Part shown: positions 153,913 through 164,222 of the stretch, in pieces
Layout of the letters: every line of letters starts with the position of its first letter
Numbering within the stretch: the stretch's first letter is position 1
Origin: Hyalangium minutum
Lineage (GTDB): Bacteria > Myxococcota > Myxococcia > Myxococcales > Myxococcaceae
Length of the DNA: 248,000 nucleotides
Assembly: GCF_000737315.1 (NCBI RefSeq)
Contig: NZ_JMCB01000008.1
Coordinates: 20,001-268,000, forward strand
Reading direction: 5' to 3'
Position numbers and translations under genes: made by a program
Notes under the pieces: model-generated
Told to the model about the DNA's origin: nothing
The model's input: the letters and a program-made list of their open reading frames with translations, nothing else
Databases searched by the model: none

Positions 153913-154443
153913 TCAGACGCGGAAGGGACCCATTGAGCCCTCGGGCCAGACGACCCGAGGCTCCGCCCCTTCCGGCACGTGGGCGATGATGGCGCCCTCC
154001 AGGTAGCCCTCTTCCTCCAGGGCCTCGACGAGGGTGCGGACGGCGACCTCCGGCACCATGACTCGGCAGAAGACGTTCATCCGCCCAGGCTGGGTCTCAC
154101 CCCCCTCGACTTCGCCGTTGCCCGTCCAGCCGAGGATGTCGGTGAGCAGTTCCTCCACGGCGTTGCGCTTCTCGAAGTCGTGCCCCGTGCCCTTCCCCTG
154201 CACGGGGTACTGAATGACGAGCGGCGCCATGGCCTCCGGATCGGGCTCGTCGTAGCCCTCGTCCACGAGCGGCCCGGCGGCCTCCGCGAGCACCATGTCC
154301 GGGTCCTCTCCGGCGGGGGCTGAGATCGTCTGGTGCTGCCCCATCTCCCCGACGATCCCGTGGTGCACGGACAGCCCGTTGTCGTCCACCCACGCTTCCC
154401 AGTAGCGAAGCGTGTCCCCGTCCTTCTTGTAGAGCCTCAGCAC
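153913..154443 (-). CDS. Hypothetical protein
   Basis: YWEAW...G.VG WGR-like start. Confidence 0.55.
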   Translation of the reverse strand: MLRLYKKDGDTLRYWEAWVDDNGLSVHHGIVGEMGQHQTISAPAGEDPDMVLAEAAGPLVDEGYDEPDPEAMAPLVIQYPVQGKGTGHDFEKRNAVEELLTDILGWTGNGEVEGGETQPGRMNVFCRVMVPEVAVRTLVEALEEEGYLEGAIIAHVPEGAEPRVVWPEGSMGPFRV

Positions 154444-154468
154444 ACGAGCACCCTACCGCTCCCGCGCC

Positions 154469-155203
154469 TCAGATCTCCAGCAGCGCGAACCGTTGATCCG
154501 GCGTGTGCTTGGCCATCAGCGGCATGGCCACGTTGTAGACGGGGATGCCCGCGCGCGTCTTCCCCTCGCGCGTCCCGTGATGCGCGTGGCCATGGAACAC
154601 CGCCTCCGCCCGGTAGTGGTCAATCGGCATGGCGAGCCGGCTCGTCCCGAGGAAAGGCCGGATCTCGATGTTCTCCCCCTCCAGCGTCTCCGGAATGGGC
154701 GAGTAGTGCATGATGACCACCTTCTTCGGCGTGTCGAGGTGGCTCAGCGCCGCTTCCAGCTTGAGCGACTCGGACACCGCCTCCTGCACGAAGGACTTGG
154801 TCTGCCCCTCGCCGAACGCCTGCAGCGTGGCGTTGCCGAAGCCGCCGCCGAACCCCTTCACCCCCGCCACTCCGAGCACCTTCTCGAAGATGAAGTGGTC
154901 CCCATCCAGGATGTGGATCCCCACCTTGGCCAGCTCGGCGCAGATCTCCTTCACCTGGCCGTGCTCGTAGTCGTGGTTGCCCAGCACGGCGGCGCACGGG
155001 ACTCGCAGCGCAGAGAGCTCCTCGGCCAGGACCTTGCCCTCCTCCACCATGCCGCGATCCGTCAGATCGCCGCACAGCACGAGCATGTCCGCCGAGGCGT
155101 TCACCTGCTTCACGAGGAGCCGGAAGCGGCCGTGGTGGTCTTCCCGGCAGTGAAGATCACCGACTGCTGCCAACCGAATCTTCGAGTTGGGATCGCGTGC
155201 CAC
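154469..155203 (-). CDS. Metallophosphoesterase
   Basis: GDLH, GD, GNHD, HGHAH. Confidence 0.85.
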   Translation of the reverse strand: MARDPNSKIRLAAVGDLHCREDHHGRFRLLVKQVNASADMLVLCGDLTDRGMVEEGKVLAEELSALRVPCAAVLGNHDYEHGQVKEICAELAKVGIHILDGDHFIFEKVLGVAGVKGFGGGFGNATLQAFGEGQTKSFVQEAVSESLKLEAALSHLDTPKKVVIMHYSPIPETLEGENIEIRPFLGTSRLAMPIDHYRAEAVFHGHAHHGTREGKTRAGIPVYNVAMPLMAKHTPDQRFALLEI

Positions 155204-156014
155204 GCTCTCCTCCGTCCTTTCGCTCGTGTTCGTCCCACTGCCGCCCGTCGCGGAATCCCCAGTGGTGGATGTCCACGTGGTAGTTCACCCGCGAGATCAG
155301 GTTGCCCCGGCAGATGCGCTCCTCCCAGTTGCCATCGCGCACCGTGTCCAGCGTGCGCGCCATCAGCTCCGCCATCACCCAGTCCGGGATGGTGTCGCGC
155401 TCGGACGGGTAGGCGTACCGGAACATCATCAGGTGGCTGAACAGCACCTCCCAGTACCGGTCGAAGCGGCGCATGAGCCGCTCCCAGTCCATCTTCCGCC
155501 CGGCCTTGAGGATGAGGTGGTTCACGTCCGATCCGTCATAGCGCTCGCGCTCGTTGACGAAGGCCTTGGACCAGATCATCTCCTCGGCGGGCGCCACCAG
155601 GCAGCGGTGGCCGAACACCGTGGAGGTAGGGGCGTGCTCGAACCACTCGTCGTCCACCACCGCCACCCCGTTGCCGGAGCTGAAGATGAAGTCGACGAAG
155701 TACTCGCCCTTGAAGGCCTTGTAGAGCCACACCTCGTCCGTGCGTTCGGTGCGCCAGCCGTCCAGTTCCAGCACCTCGAGCGCCCGGCCCGCATCGCGTT
155801 TGCGAGGGAAGAGGTCCAGGTCCTTCGTGTCGCGGTAGATGCCCGTGTACGTGGCGTAGGCGTAGGCTCCGCCAACGACGAACGGCACGCCCGCATCCAG
155901 GAGCAGCCCGACAGCCCTGGCCCTGGCGTTGATCTCGTCCGGGGCCCTGTCGCGCTCCGCCAGCATGGCATCCACACCCAGCTCTCCGGGGTGGTTCGGG
156001 TGTCTCTTTTCCAT
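155187..156014 (-). CDS. Nucleotidyltransferase-family protein
   Basis: VVGGAYA...RDTKDLDL (G-G...DxD). Confidence 0.75.
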
Positions 156015-156234
156015 AGGGCATAAGCTAGGGACGGGGAAATTTCCCCGTCGTACCAGACGGCGCGGAAGCCCGGTGAGCAGCCGAGCAGCCTCCAACTCAT
156101 CGGTTTTGCTGGGGATTTCCTCCCAGAAAATCGGCCAGAAAAGGCCGCTTTCTGTTTTTCGAGGGGGCTGTGTCCATGGGGACGCAAACACGCTGCACGG
156201 CCCCGCCGAGGGCCTCACTCGAAAGGAAGACCCC

Positions 156235-157230
156235 ATGTTCCGCAAGACCCTGATGCTGTGCGCCTCGCTCGCGATTGTCGGTTGTGGCAACACCCAGGAG
156301 GACGAGTTCCGCGACGGCCTGCCCTCCAAGGAGATGGTGACCGTGAAGGAGCCGGGCACCAGCGCGGGCCAGAAGCTCGAGGCCGAGGGCGGCGCGGTGT
156401 TCGCGTTCGACAAGGGCCAGACGAGCGACTTCTACAAGCTGACCCGCGGCGCCACAGTGAGCGTGAACCTCGGCACCGCGTTCGTACTCAACCTCATCGA
156501 GGAGGTGACGAAGCACACGCCCACCAGCATCGAGGGCGACGTCGCGGTGTGGGGCCCGTACACGGACGCGCTGAGCCCCAACACCTTCAAGGTCACCGTC
156601 ACCAAGACGGCCGAGAACGCCTACAGCTACAAGGTCGAGGGCAAGGCGAAGACGGCGGCGGACACGGAGTTCAAGACGATCATCTCCGGCTCGCACACCA
156701 TTGCCACGGACGAGCTGGGCAACCGCCTGCGCAACTACGGCTCCGGCAACATCCAGCTGGACTGGGACGCGGCGCAGACGCTCCCCGAGCACGGCGATGA
156801 GCTGGGTACCGCCGCCATCCGCTACTCGAGGCCGGACGCCAAGGCACAGGCCACGGTGGAGGCCGACTTCCGCAACGTCGAGGATGACGAGCGGCCCGGC
156901 ACCCGCGTGAACGCCGACTACCGCTACAAGGAGACGCCGGGCGCTGGTGGCGAGTTCGAGTTCGGCCTGGACAAGAACTTCGACACGGAGCCGGCCCGCT
157001 CGAAGATCGAGCACCTGACCATCAAGAGCCGCTGGGCTCAGACGGGCGCCGGCCGGGCGGACGTGAAGATCTCCGGCGGCGACTACCTGATCGCCTCGGC
157101 CACGGCCAGCGAGTGCTGGGACGCCAACTTCGCCAGCCAGTTCCTGATTGCGAGCTGGGTGACCGCGCCCGTGTACGGGGACGTGTCCGCCTGCGGCAGC
157201 TTCTCGGTGGCGCTCTACTCTTCTCTGTAA
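156235..157230 (+). CDS. Lipoprotein (paralog of 160188)
   Basis: IVGC lipobox, VWGP, ECWDA. Confidence 0.7.
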   Translation: MFRKTLMLCASLAIVGCGNTQEDEFRDGLPSKEMVTVKEPGTSAGQKLEAEGGAVFAFDKGQTSDFYKLTRGATVSVNLGTAFVLNLIEEVTKHTPTSIEGDVAVWGPYTDALSPNTFKVTVTKTAENAYSYKVEGKAKTAADTEFKTIISGSHTIATDELGNRLRNYGSGNIQLDWDAAQTLPEHGDELGTAAIRYSRPDAKAQATVEADFRNVEDDERPGTRVNADYRYKETPGAGGEFEFGLDKNFDTEPARSKIEHLTIKSRWAQTGAGRADVKISGGDYLIASATASECWDANFASQFLIASWVTAPVYGDVSACGSFSVALYSSL

Positions 157231-157254
157231 TCCGCGCATTAGACTGCGCGCGCC

Positions 157255-157794
157255 ATGGGAACGAGCCAGCCGGTCCTGAGAGTCATCCAGGGTGGTCCTA
157301 CCGAGGACCGGCGGGCGTTTCTCCAAGAGCTGTACACGAAGTATGGCGGCAGCGTCCTCGGGCGCTGCCGCTACCTGTTGAAGGACGCATCGAAGGCCGA
157401 GGACGCGATGCACGACGTGTTCGCCCGCGCCCTCACTCACTCGGACGGGTTCCGCTCCGAGGCCTCGCCGCTGACATGGTTGATGAAGATCGCCACGAAC
157501 CACTGCCTGAACCAGATCCGATCGGAGCGTGCGGGCTGGCGCAGCTGGTTCCAGCGGGAAGAGGCGGCGAAGCCAGAGGGGCACGGGGGCCCCCAGAGCA
157601 TGGAGACGCGGGACCTGGTGCGGAGGTTGCTGTCGCGGGTGGATGTGGAGACGCAGGCAGCGGTCATCCACTACCACGTGGACGGGATGACGCTGGAGGA
157701 AGTGGCCGCGGCGTTGGGGCGCTCAGTGCCCACGGTGCGCAAGCGGCTGGAGAGTTTCGCCGAGCTGGGCGGAGAAGAGTTGAGGGTCCGATGA
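157255..157794 (+). CDS. ECF sigma factor
   Basis: AEDAMHDVF, TWL..IA.N, TVRKRL. Confidence 0.88.
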   Translation: MGTSQPVLRVIQGGPTEDRRAFLQELYTKYGGSVLGRCRYLLKDASKAEDAMHDVFARALTHSDGFRSEASPLTWLMKIATNHCLNQIRSERAGWRSWFQREEAAKPEGHGGPQSMETRDLVRRLLSRVDVETQAAVIHYHVDGMTLEEVAAALGRSVPTVRKRLESFAELGGEELRVR

Positions 157795-158576
157795 GCGCGC
157801 ACCTTTCAGAGCACCCCTCCGAGTGGACGCTGCGCCGCCTGCACGCTGGCGAGCTGCCAACCCCAGAGGCAACCCGGGCCCGAACCCACGCCGCCGAGTG
157901 CGAGCAGTGCGGCGCCGTGCTCCGCGCGGCCGAGGAGGCCCAGCGCCAGTTCGAAGCCGCCACCCCCTTCGAGCGCTTCGAGGAGGGAGTGAAGCGGGCG
158001 GAGGAGAAGTCCCGGAAGGAGGAGTTGGCCCGCCGGGGCTCGGCTCAGCGGTGGATGGGGCCGGTGGTGGCCCTGGCAGCCACGGTGCTGCTGGTGGTGG
158101 CGGTGCGGCCCCTGCTGGCGACGAGCACGGGGTCCGGGGTGCGGACGAAGGGCGGCGCGGTGGCGGAGCTGCGCATCGGTGGCGGCGAGGGCACGCAGCG
158201 GATGGCTCGGACGAACACTCCCGAGCCGCTGGCCCCGGGCGAGCGCGTGCGGATTGGCTACACGCCAGACACGCGCCGGTACGTGCTGGCGCTGTCGATT
158301 GACTCGGCCGGTGAGGTGACGCCGCTCTACCCCGAGACGGGCGAGAGCCTGCCAGTGAAGCCGGGAGCGGGCACGCACTGGCTGCCGGACAGCATCGAGT
158401 TCACCGGCTCGGGCGCCGAGCGCGTGGTGGTGCTGCTAAGCGACGCTCCGGTGAAGGTGGAAGATGCCACCGCGGCGGCGCGCGAGGCCTTCGAGGCGGT
158501 GGGGAGGGACGTGGCGAAGCTGCCTCCACTGAGCGTGGACGGCGACCAGACGCACTGGATGCTGCTCAAGCCATGA
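157791..158576 (+). CDS. ZAS anti-sigma with TM and DUF4384-like periplasmic domain
   Basis: HAAECEQC, TM, RTKG, V.PLYP. Confidence 0.75.
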   Translation: MSAHLSEHPSEWTLRRLHAGELPTPEATRARTHAAECEQCGAVLRAAEEAQRQFEAATPFERFEEGVKRAEEKSRKEELARRGSAQRWMGPVVALAATVLLVVAVRPLLATSTGSGVRTKGGAVAELRIGGGEGTQRMARTNTPEPLAPGERVRIGYTPDTRRYVLALSIDSAGEVTPLYPETGESLPVKPGAGTHWLPDSIEFTGSGAERVVVLLSDAPVKVEDATAAAREAFEAVGRDVAKLPPLSVDGDQTHWMLLKP

Positions 158577-160177
158577 GGTGCTCGAGGCGACAGCTGGGCG
158601 CCCTTACCCTGGGGTTGCTGCTGGCCACCGCCGCGCAGGCGGAGCCGCTGCGCCGCTTTGCCCTCATCATCGGCAATGACGAGGGCGGCTCGGACACCCG
158701 GCCCCTGAGCTACGCCCGAGAGGACGCGCGCAAGATGCACGGGCTCCTGTCGCGGCTGGGCGGAGTCTCCCCCTCGGACTCGCGGCTGCTGTTGAACGAC
158801 GACGCCCAGGACGTGCTCTCCGCGCTGGCGAACCTGGAGGCCCGCATCCAGGCAGCCCGGACCCGGGGCGAGCGCACCGCGCTGCTCGTCTACTACTCGG
158901 GCCACGCGAAGGACGGCGCGCTGCGGCTGGGAGACACACGGCTGCCCTTCGACACGTTCAAGAAGCGGCTGGCGGACGCTCCGGCGGACATCCGCATCGC
159001 CATCCTGGACTCGTGCCGCTCGGGCGCACTGACGCGGACCAAGGGTGCCCGGCGCGCGCCCGCCTTCGAGATCGACTCCGGGGCTACGCGGGACGCACGG
159101 GGCCTGGTGATCCTCACCTCCAGCTCAGCGGACGAGGACTCGCAGGAGTCAGATGTGATCGGCGGCAGCTACTTCTCCCACCACCTGACGAGCGGGCTCC
159201 TGGGAGATGCGGATCGCTCTGGCGACGGGCAGGTGACGCTCTTCGAGGCGTACTCGCACGCGTACGATCGGACGGTGGCGGACACGGCGGGCAGCAGCGC
159301 GGGGCCGCAGCACCCCACGTTCAGCTACGACCTCGCGGGCAACGGGGACCTGGTGCTCACGAACCTGCGCACCTCCGAGGGGCTGGTGGTGCCTCGCTCG
159401 GCGCCAGGAGGGGCCTATTACTTCGTGAATCCGAGCGGACTGGTGGTGGCGGAGCTGGAGAAGGCGCCAGAGACAGAGCGGCGGGTGGCGCTCGCGCCGG
159501 GCACGTACCGGGTGAAGCGCCGCCTGGAGGATCGGCTGCGCATCGGCGAGGTGGAGGTCCGTCGCGGACAGGAGACCGTGCTGGAGGAGTTCCGGTTTCG
159601 CGATGCGCCCTTCTCGGACGATCCGGTGAAGGGAGGCCGCGGACGGGGCTCCTTCTGGACCGTGGGGCTGACGGGCGGCTACCACTCCTTCTTCGATCGG
159701 GACATCCGCGAGTCCCTGTTCCTCTCCGTGCCCCTGGTGGGCGGCGAGGTGAACCTCCACAACTACTTCCGCGAGGACTGGGTGTGGGGCTTCGACGTGG
159801 CGCTGGGAGGCCGCGCCGCGAAGCTGAGCCTGGAGAACCTGTCGGGCGCGAGCTACCGCTACTCGGTGCTCAACCTGGGCACCTCCCTGACCGCCGAGTG
159901 GCACGTGGGAGACCTGGCTCCCTTCGCGGGCGCGCGGCTCGCGTACCTTTATATGGGCCGCAAGTTCGACGGCGGGGTGTTCCCGGATCAGTTCTACGCG
160001 ACGTTCTCTCCCGGACTGGTGGCGGGCCTGCGCTATCGGCTGCTGCGCAGTCTGCACCTCACCGGGCGCGGCCGGCTGCACTACCTCACCTATAACGTCC
160101 ACGAAGAAGGCACCGAGAACAGCAACAGCTCCCTGGGCTACTGGGAGCTGTCGGCCCTGGTGACCTATGAGCTCTAA
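158573..160177 (+). CDS. Exported caspase (C14) fused to C-terminal beta-barrel
   Basis: Signal peptide, YYSGH and LDSC dyad, beta-strand C-terminus. Confidence 0.8.
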   Translation: MRCSRRQLGALTLGLLLATAAQAEPLRRFALIIGNDEGGSDTRPLSYAREDARKMHGLLSRLGGVSPSDSRLLLNDDAQDVLSALANLEARIQAARTRGERTALLVYYSGHAKDGALRLGDTRLPFDTFKKRLADAPADIRIAILDSCRSGALTRTKGARRAPAFEIDSGATRDARGLVILTSSSADEDSQESDVIGGSYFSHHLTSGLLGDADRSGDGQVTLFEAYSHAYDRTVADTAGSSAGPQHPTFSYDLAGNGDLVLTNLRTSEGLVVPRSAPGGAYYFVNPSGLVVAELEKAPETERRVALAPGTYRVKRRLEDRLRIGEVEVRRGQETVLEEFRFRDAPFSDDPVKGGRGRGSFWTVGLTGGYHSFFDRDIRESLFLSVPLVGGEVNLHNYFREDWVWGFDVALGGRAAKLSLENLSGASYRYSVLNLGTSLTAEWHVGDLAPFAGARLAYLYMGRKFDGGVFPDQFYATFSPGLVAGLRYRLLRSLHLTGRGRLHYLTYNVHEEGTENSNSSLGYWELSALVTYEL

Positions 160178-160187
160178 GGAGCGCGCG

Positions 160188-161144
160188 ATGCGAAACCTCT
160201 GGCCCGCACTCCTCTGTCTCCTGGCCGCGTGCGGCGGCAACTTCTCCAACGAGGACCTCGAGTATCTCAACGCCCTGCCCTCGCGCGAAGCGCTCGCCAG
160301 CAAGCTGCCCGAGAGCAGCGCGAGCACGATCGGCGGAGGCCTGGCGCAGCGCCGGGATCAGCTCGCGCTGGGAGACGTCTCCCAGCTCTACGTGGACACA
160401 CGGAAGGCCTCCACGGACTTCAACGCCTCGGTGGATGGGCTGCTGAGCCTGCTGGAGAACATCCGCACCGTGCCACCCACCACGCGCGAGCCAGACCGGC
160501 GTACCTGGGGCCCGTGGAGGGACGACGCCCATCCAGGCAACGACGTGCGCTTCGTGATGGATCGCGCGGGAGATTTCTTCGAGTACCACCTCGACTACAA
160601 GCCCTCATCGGCCTCCGCTGAGGACGCCTGGTGGACCTTCCTGGAGGGCTCTTTCAAGGCGGACGCGGGCATCCGCGTGGGCGAGGGCAAGTTGCACCTG
160701 CTCATCGATGTCGCGCTGGCCCATGGCCTCAACGTGGGCGAGCTGCGGACCCTCAAGCGGCTGGACATCGACTACCAGAACAAAGCGCTCCCCACGCTCG
160801 TGGAGATGAGCTTCACCTCGCAGCCTGTGCCGCCCCTGAGCTCCCAGCAGGTTCGCTACACCTACCGCGAGCTGACCGGTGGCCTGGGGGAGATGCGCTT
160901 CCTGCTGAAGGAAACGGACGCCGTGCCGGGCAATCTGCTCGAGGACGTGGAGATCACCAGTCGTTGGACGTCAAACAGTGGCGGTGTGGCCACCTTCGTC
161001 ATCCTTCGCGGGGACCTCATGGGCGCCAGCTACAAAGAATGCTGGGACGCCCAGAACCACATCACCTTCGCCAAGAGGAGCTGGGAGTTCTTCGGGATTG
161101 GCAAAGCCAGCGATTGTCCGAACCTTTCAGCCTTTGACAATTGA
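160188..161144 (+). CDS. Lipoprotein (paralog of 156235)
   Basis: LAAC lipobox, TWGP, ECWDA. Confidence 0.7.
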   Translation: MRNLWPALLCLLAACGGNFSNEDLEYLNALPSREALASKLPESSASTIGGGLAQRRDQLALGDVSQLYVDTRKASTDFNASVDGLLSLLENIRTVPPTTREPDRRTWGPWRDDAHPGNDVRFVMDRAGDFFEYHLDYKPSSASAEDAWWTFLEGSFKADAGIRVGEGKLHLLIDVALAHGLNVGELRTLKRLDIDYQNKALPTLVEMSFTSQPVPPLSSQQVRYTYRELTGGLGEMRFLLKETDAVPGNLLEDVEITSRWTSNSGGVATFVILRGDLMGASYKECWDAQNHITFAKRSWEFFGIGKASDCPNLSAFDN

Positions 161145-161289
161145 GTGGAAATTGACGCGGAGCGGCACTGTTGTCTGAGAAAAGGTTGGCTGTTGTCAGA
161201 GGCGCTTGTTAGGCAGGCAGCCCCCGCGCTCCATGCCCTTGCCTATGGCACCCCTAGTTGGCGCTGGGACAACCTCTGGAGGTTACACA

Positions 161290-161739
161290 ATGAAGGCGAA
161301 TCGTCTTTTCATCGCGTGTGTGGCGGCCCTCTCTCTCGTGGCGTGCGGTGGCGGCACCGAGCTGACCGCAGTGCTGTCGGGCGCGGCGGAGAAGCCCAGC
161401 GCGGTGACCACCACCGGCAGCGGCAGCACGGACGTCACGGTGGACGGCAAGAAGATCGAGGTGACTGGCAGCTTCAAGGACCTCAGCGGCAACGCCACGG
161501 CGGCCCACATCCACGGCCCGGCCGATGCGAGCAGCACCGCGGGCGTCTTCTGCAACCTGACCGTGCCGGCCGCCGCCAGCGGCTCCATCACCACGGACAA
161601 GAACGCCGGTTCTTGCGGGGCCATTGAGCTGACCGAAGCCCAGGTGGCCGACTTCGAGGCCGGCAAGTACTACATCAACATCCACACCGCCGCGAACGCG
161701 AACGGCGAGATCCGCGGCCAGCTGATCAAGAAGGAGTAG
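161290..161739 (+). CDS. CHRD-domain lipoprotein
   Basis: LVAC, AAHIHG, YINIHT...GEIRGQ. Confidence 0.85.
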   Translation: MKANRLFIACVAALSLVACGGGTELTAVLSGAAEKPSAVTTTGSGSTDVTVDGKKIEVTGSFKDLSGNATAAHIHGPADASSTAGVFCNLTVPAAASGSITTDKNAGSCGAIELTEAQVADFEAGKYYINIHTAANANGEIRGQLIKKE

Positions 161740-161879
161740 CGGAAGGGGGCCTCCTGGCCCCTCTGGGGCAGGCCGGGCTGCCGCTTGCTCGCCTGCCCCA
161801 CCCCGTTGTCCTTCCTTGACTCGGCCTTGCCTGCTCTTTAGGTTCCGGTCCTTCCTCAAGAGAAGCCTGAAGGATCGCC

Positions 161880-162170
161880 ATGGCCCGTATCACCGTCGAA
161901 GACTGCCTCCCCCTCGTCGACAACCGCTTCGCCCTGGTGCTGCTCGGCGCCAAGCGCGCCCGCCAGCTCATGGCCGGCGCCCGCCCCATCATCGAGATCT
162001 CCAAGAACAAGCCCCCCGTGCTCTCCCTCCGGGAGGTGGCCACTGGCCGCGTGAAGTTCGACCGCGACGTGCGCGAGGCGCTGTCCGGCAAGTACTCCGC
162101 GGACGAGGCCAAGGCCGCTGCCGCTCCGGCCGCTCCTCCGGCCGCGCCGACGCTGCCCCCCTCTGTCTGA
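161880..162170 (+). CDS. rpoZ: RNA polymerase omega subunit
   Basis: [22 protein letters not shown]. Confidence 0.95.
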   Translation: MARITVEDCLPLVDNRFALVLLGAKRARQLMAGARPIIEISKNKPPVLSLREVATGRVKFDRDVREALSGKYSADEAKAAAAPAAPPAAPTLPPSV

Positions 162171-162197
162171 GCCCGGCTCCCTCTGGGAGCCCTTGAC

Positions 162198-162644
162198 TCA
162201 CTTGGGGGGAATCGAGTCTCCCGCGCGCAGCAGCTTCACCGCGCGCGCGGCGATGGACTTCTCCCCCTTGTAGCCCAGCATCGGGACGAGCTGTACCAGC
162301 GGTACCCACCGCGCCTCGTCCACCTCCACACGCGGCCCCGGCGGCAGCACTCCCAGCTCCCCGGACAGGTAGCGGAAGAGGAAGAAGTGGACGCGCTTGA
162401 AGATGCGCTGTCCGCGGAACTGGTAGACGTAGCGGATCTCCCCCAGTGACGAGAGGAGACTGGCCGTGAGGCCCGTCTCCTCGCGCACCTCGCGGGTGGC
162501 GGTCTGCTCGGGCGTCTCGCCGGGATCCACGTGTCCCTTGGGCAGCGCCCACAGGGAGCGGCCGTGGGGGCGGATCACCGCCACCTCCCAGCTCCCCGCA
162601 TTCTCGCGGATGACTATTCCTCCGGCGGACGCCTCGCGCGGCAT
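162198..162644 (-). CDS. NUDIX hydrolase
   Basis: PKG...GE.....A.REV.EETG. Confidence 0.9.
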   Translation of the reverse strand: MPREASAGGIVIRENAGSWEVAVIRPHGRSLWALPKGHVDPGETPEQTATREVREETGLTASLLSSLGEIRYVYQFRGQRIFKRVHFFLFRYLSGELGVLPPGPRVEVDEARWVPLVQLVPMLGYKGEKSIAARAVKLLRAGDSIPPK

Positions 162645-162682
162645 ACGGGGAGCACCCTACCCCGAAGTGAACCGCCCGTGGC

Positions 162683-163330
162683 CTACATCCCGCTGGAGAA
162701 GTGCCGCAGCTTCGCCTCCGCACCGAGCCGGTAGGCGTACCGAAGGTCGGACAGCAGCCTATCCAGCCGCCGTCCGGCCACATGCCCCATCAGCCGGGTG
162801 CAGAACGAGCGGGACAGCCGGTTGGCCTCCTCGTACCGCCAGCGCTCCTGGGTGGACAGCCGGGGCCGGTAGGAGACGCGCTCGAACAGGCGCCGCCGCA
162901 GCTCCTCGGACCAGGCCTTCACACCCTCGCCCCAGCGGTGCAGCAGGCAGACGGCGAACTTGTCCACCTCGGCCTGGGCCTCCAGTTCCAGCAGCGACAG
163001 AGCCCGCCCGTGGGCTGCCGTATGCGCCACATAGAGGAAGTGAGAGACACCCTCGGCCAGCTGGCAGTACCCATCGAGATCGCCATCGAGGATGTGGCCC
163101 ACGGGGCCCGCCTCGTAGGGCTTGAGCCGATCCAGCAGCGAGGGCGCCAGGTAGAGGGCCAGCTCCAGTTCCTCCTCCCCAGCCCCTCCGGCGACCAGCA
163201 GCTCCTCCTCCGCGCGCCCGGTGGATCCCAGCTGCACGGCGGCCTCCCGGTCCACCACGAAGGTCTCTGCCCGCGCCTCGCAGGTGATGCCGTAGATGGC
163301 CTCCAGGTGCTCCTGGATCCGACCGATCAT
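162683..163330 (-). CDS. Conserved hypothetical protein
   Basis: AEGVSHF, ELEAQAEVDKF; coupled to 163343. Confidence 0.6.
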   Translation of the reverse strand: MIGRIQEHLEAIYGITCEARAETFVVDREAAVQLGSTGRAEEELLVAGGAGEEELELALYLAPSLLDRLKPYEAGPVGHILDGDLDGYCQLAEGVSHFLYVAHTAAHGRALSLLELEAQAEVDKFAVCLLHRWGEGVKAWSEELRRRLFERVSYRPRLSTQERWRYEEANRLSRSFCTRLMGHVAGRRLDRLLSDLRYAYRLGAEAKLRHFSSGM

Positions 163331-163342
163331 GCGTGCTCCCGG

Positions 163343-163948
163343 CTAGTTGGGCAGATTCCCTTTGGGCGTCAGCATCCCCGCGTCCACCAGCACCCGCTCC
163401 AGCTTGTTGCTGCCGGTGCGCACCCACGTCTCGTACACCTTCAGAGTGCCCGTGGGCCCGCCCTGCACCATGCCGCGCGCGGAGATCTCCTCCAGCACGT
163501 CCACCAGGGCCCGGAACTTGGAGCACAGCTCGCGGTACACGTCCGCGAACCCCGCGCCGGGAGACAGATCGGCCACCTGCCCGTATGCCGTCCCGCCCAT
163601 CTGGATGTAGTAGTCCGGCCCCACCACGCTGCTCTGCAGGGCGCCCGCGAAGAACCCGGCCTTGTAGAGCGAGACGTCCCCCAGACGCCTCAGCGTCCGG
163701 ATGCGCTCTTCGCGATCTTGCTGCAGCGCCCGGTGGTACATCACCGCCAGCGGCTCGTGGTCCTTGCGCCCCTCCTGCTCCTGGCTGAACAGCTTGTCAC
163801 TGGCCGCAAACTCGGAGAGCAGGTTGACGAGGTAGAACTCCGTCATCTCCGCGATGACTACGCGCTGACGGCGAATGACTTCGCCCAGTATCGACTTGAA
163901 GAACTCCTTCAAAGAAGAACCAGTCACCAGTTCACTCATCGACATCAC
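163343..163948 (-). CDS. Conserved hypothetical protein
   Basis: EFYLVNLL, RRLGD.SL..AGFF, YY..MG..AY. Confidence 0.6.
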   Translation of the reverse strand: MMSMSELVTGSSLKEFFKSILGEVIRRQRVVIAEMTEFYLVNLLSEFAASDKLFSQEQEGRKDHEPLAVMYHRALQQDREERIRTLRRLGDVSLYKAGFFAGALQSSVVGPDYYIQMGGTAYGQVADLSPGAGFADVYRELCSKFRALVDVLEEISARGMVQGGPTGTLKVYETWVRTGSNKLERVLVDAGMLTPKGNLPN

Positions 163949-164039
163949 CTCCGTCTCCCAGTGACGGGAGCTACCCCAAAAGGGTAGCAGCGGACGTTTT
164001 TGCCCGCAAAAGAGACCCCAGTCTTTTCAGACACTTACG

Positions 164040-164066
164040 CTGGCACTCTCCCTGGGAGAGTGCCAA
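164040..164066. promoter_or_regulatory. CIRCE-like element (distal)
   Basis: CTGGCACTC-N9-GAGTGCCAA. Confidence 0.7.
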
Positions 164067-164178
164067 TTCCCGCAGGTGTGACCGGCGCGCGGCCGAGGCG
164101 GCTCCGAGCGGTGGCCTGCTGAAAAAAGGCAGTCAGGACGGCTGGTTAACGAAGCACAAGGACTCGCGTCGGGGTCGC

Positions 164179-164206
164179 TTGACGAGGTGACTTCCCTGGT
164201 TATTAT
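164179..164206 (+). promoter_or_regulatory. Sigma70-like promoter of groES
   Basis: TTGACG-16-TATTAT. Confidence 0.55.
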
Positions 164207-164222
164207 CCGGCGCGCTTGAGCC

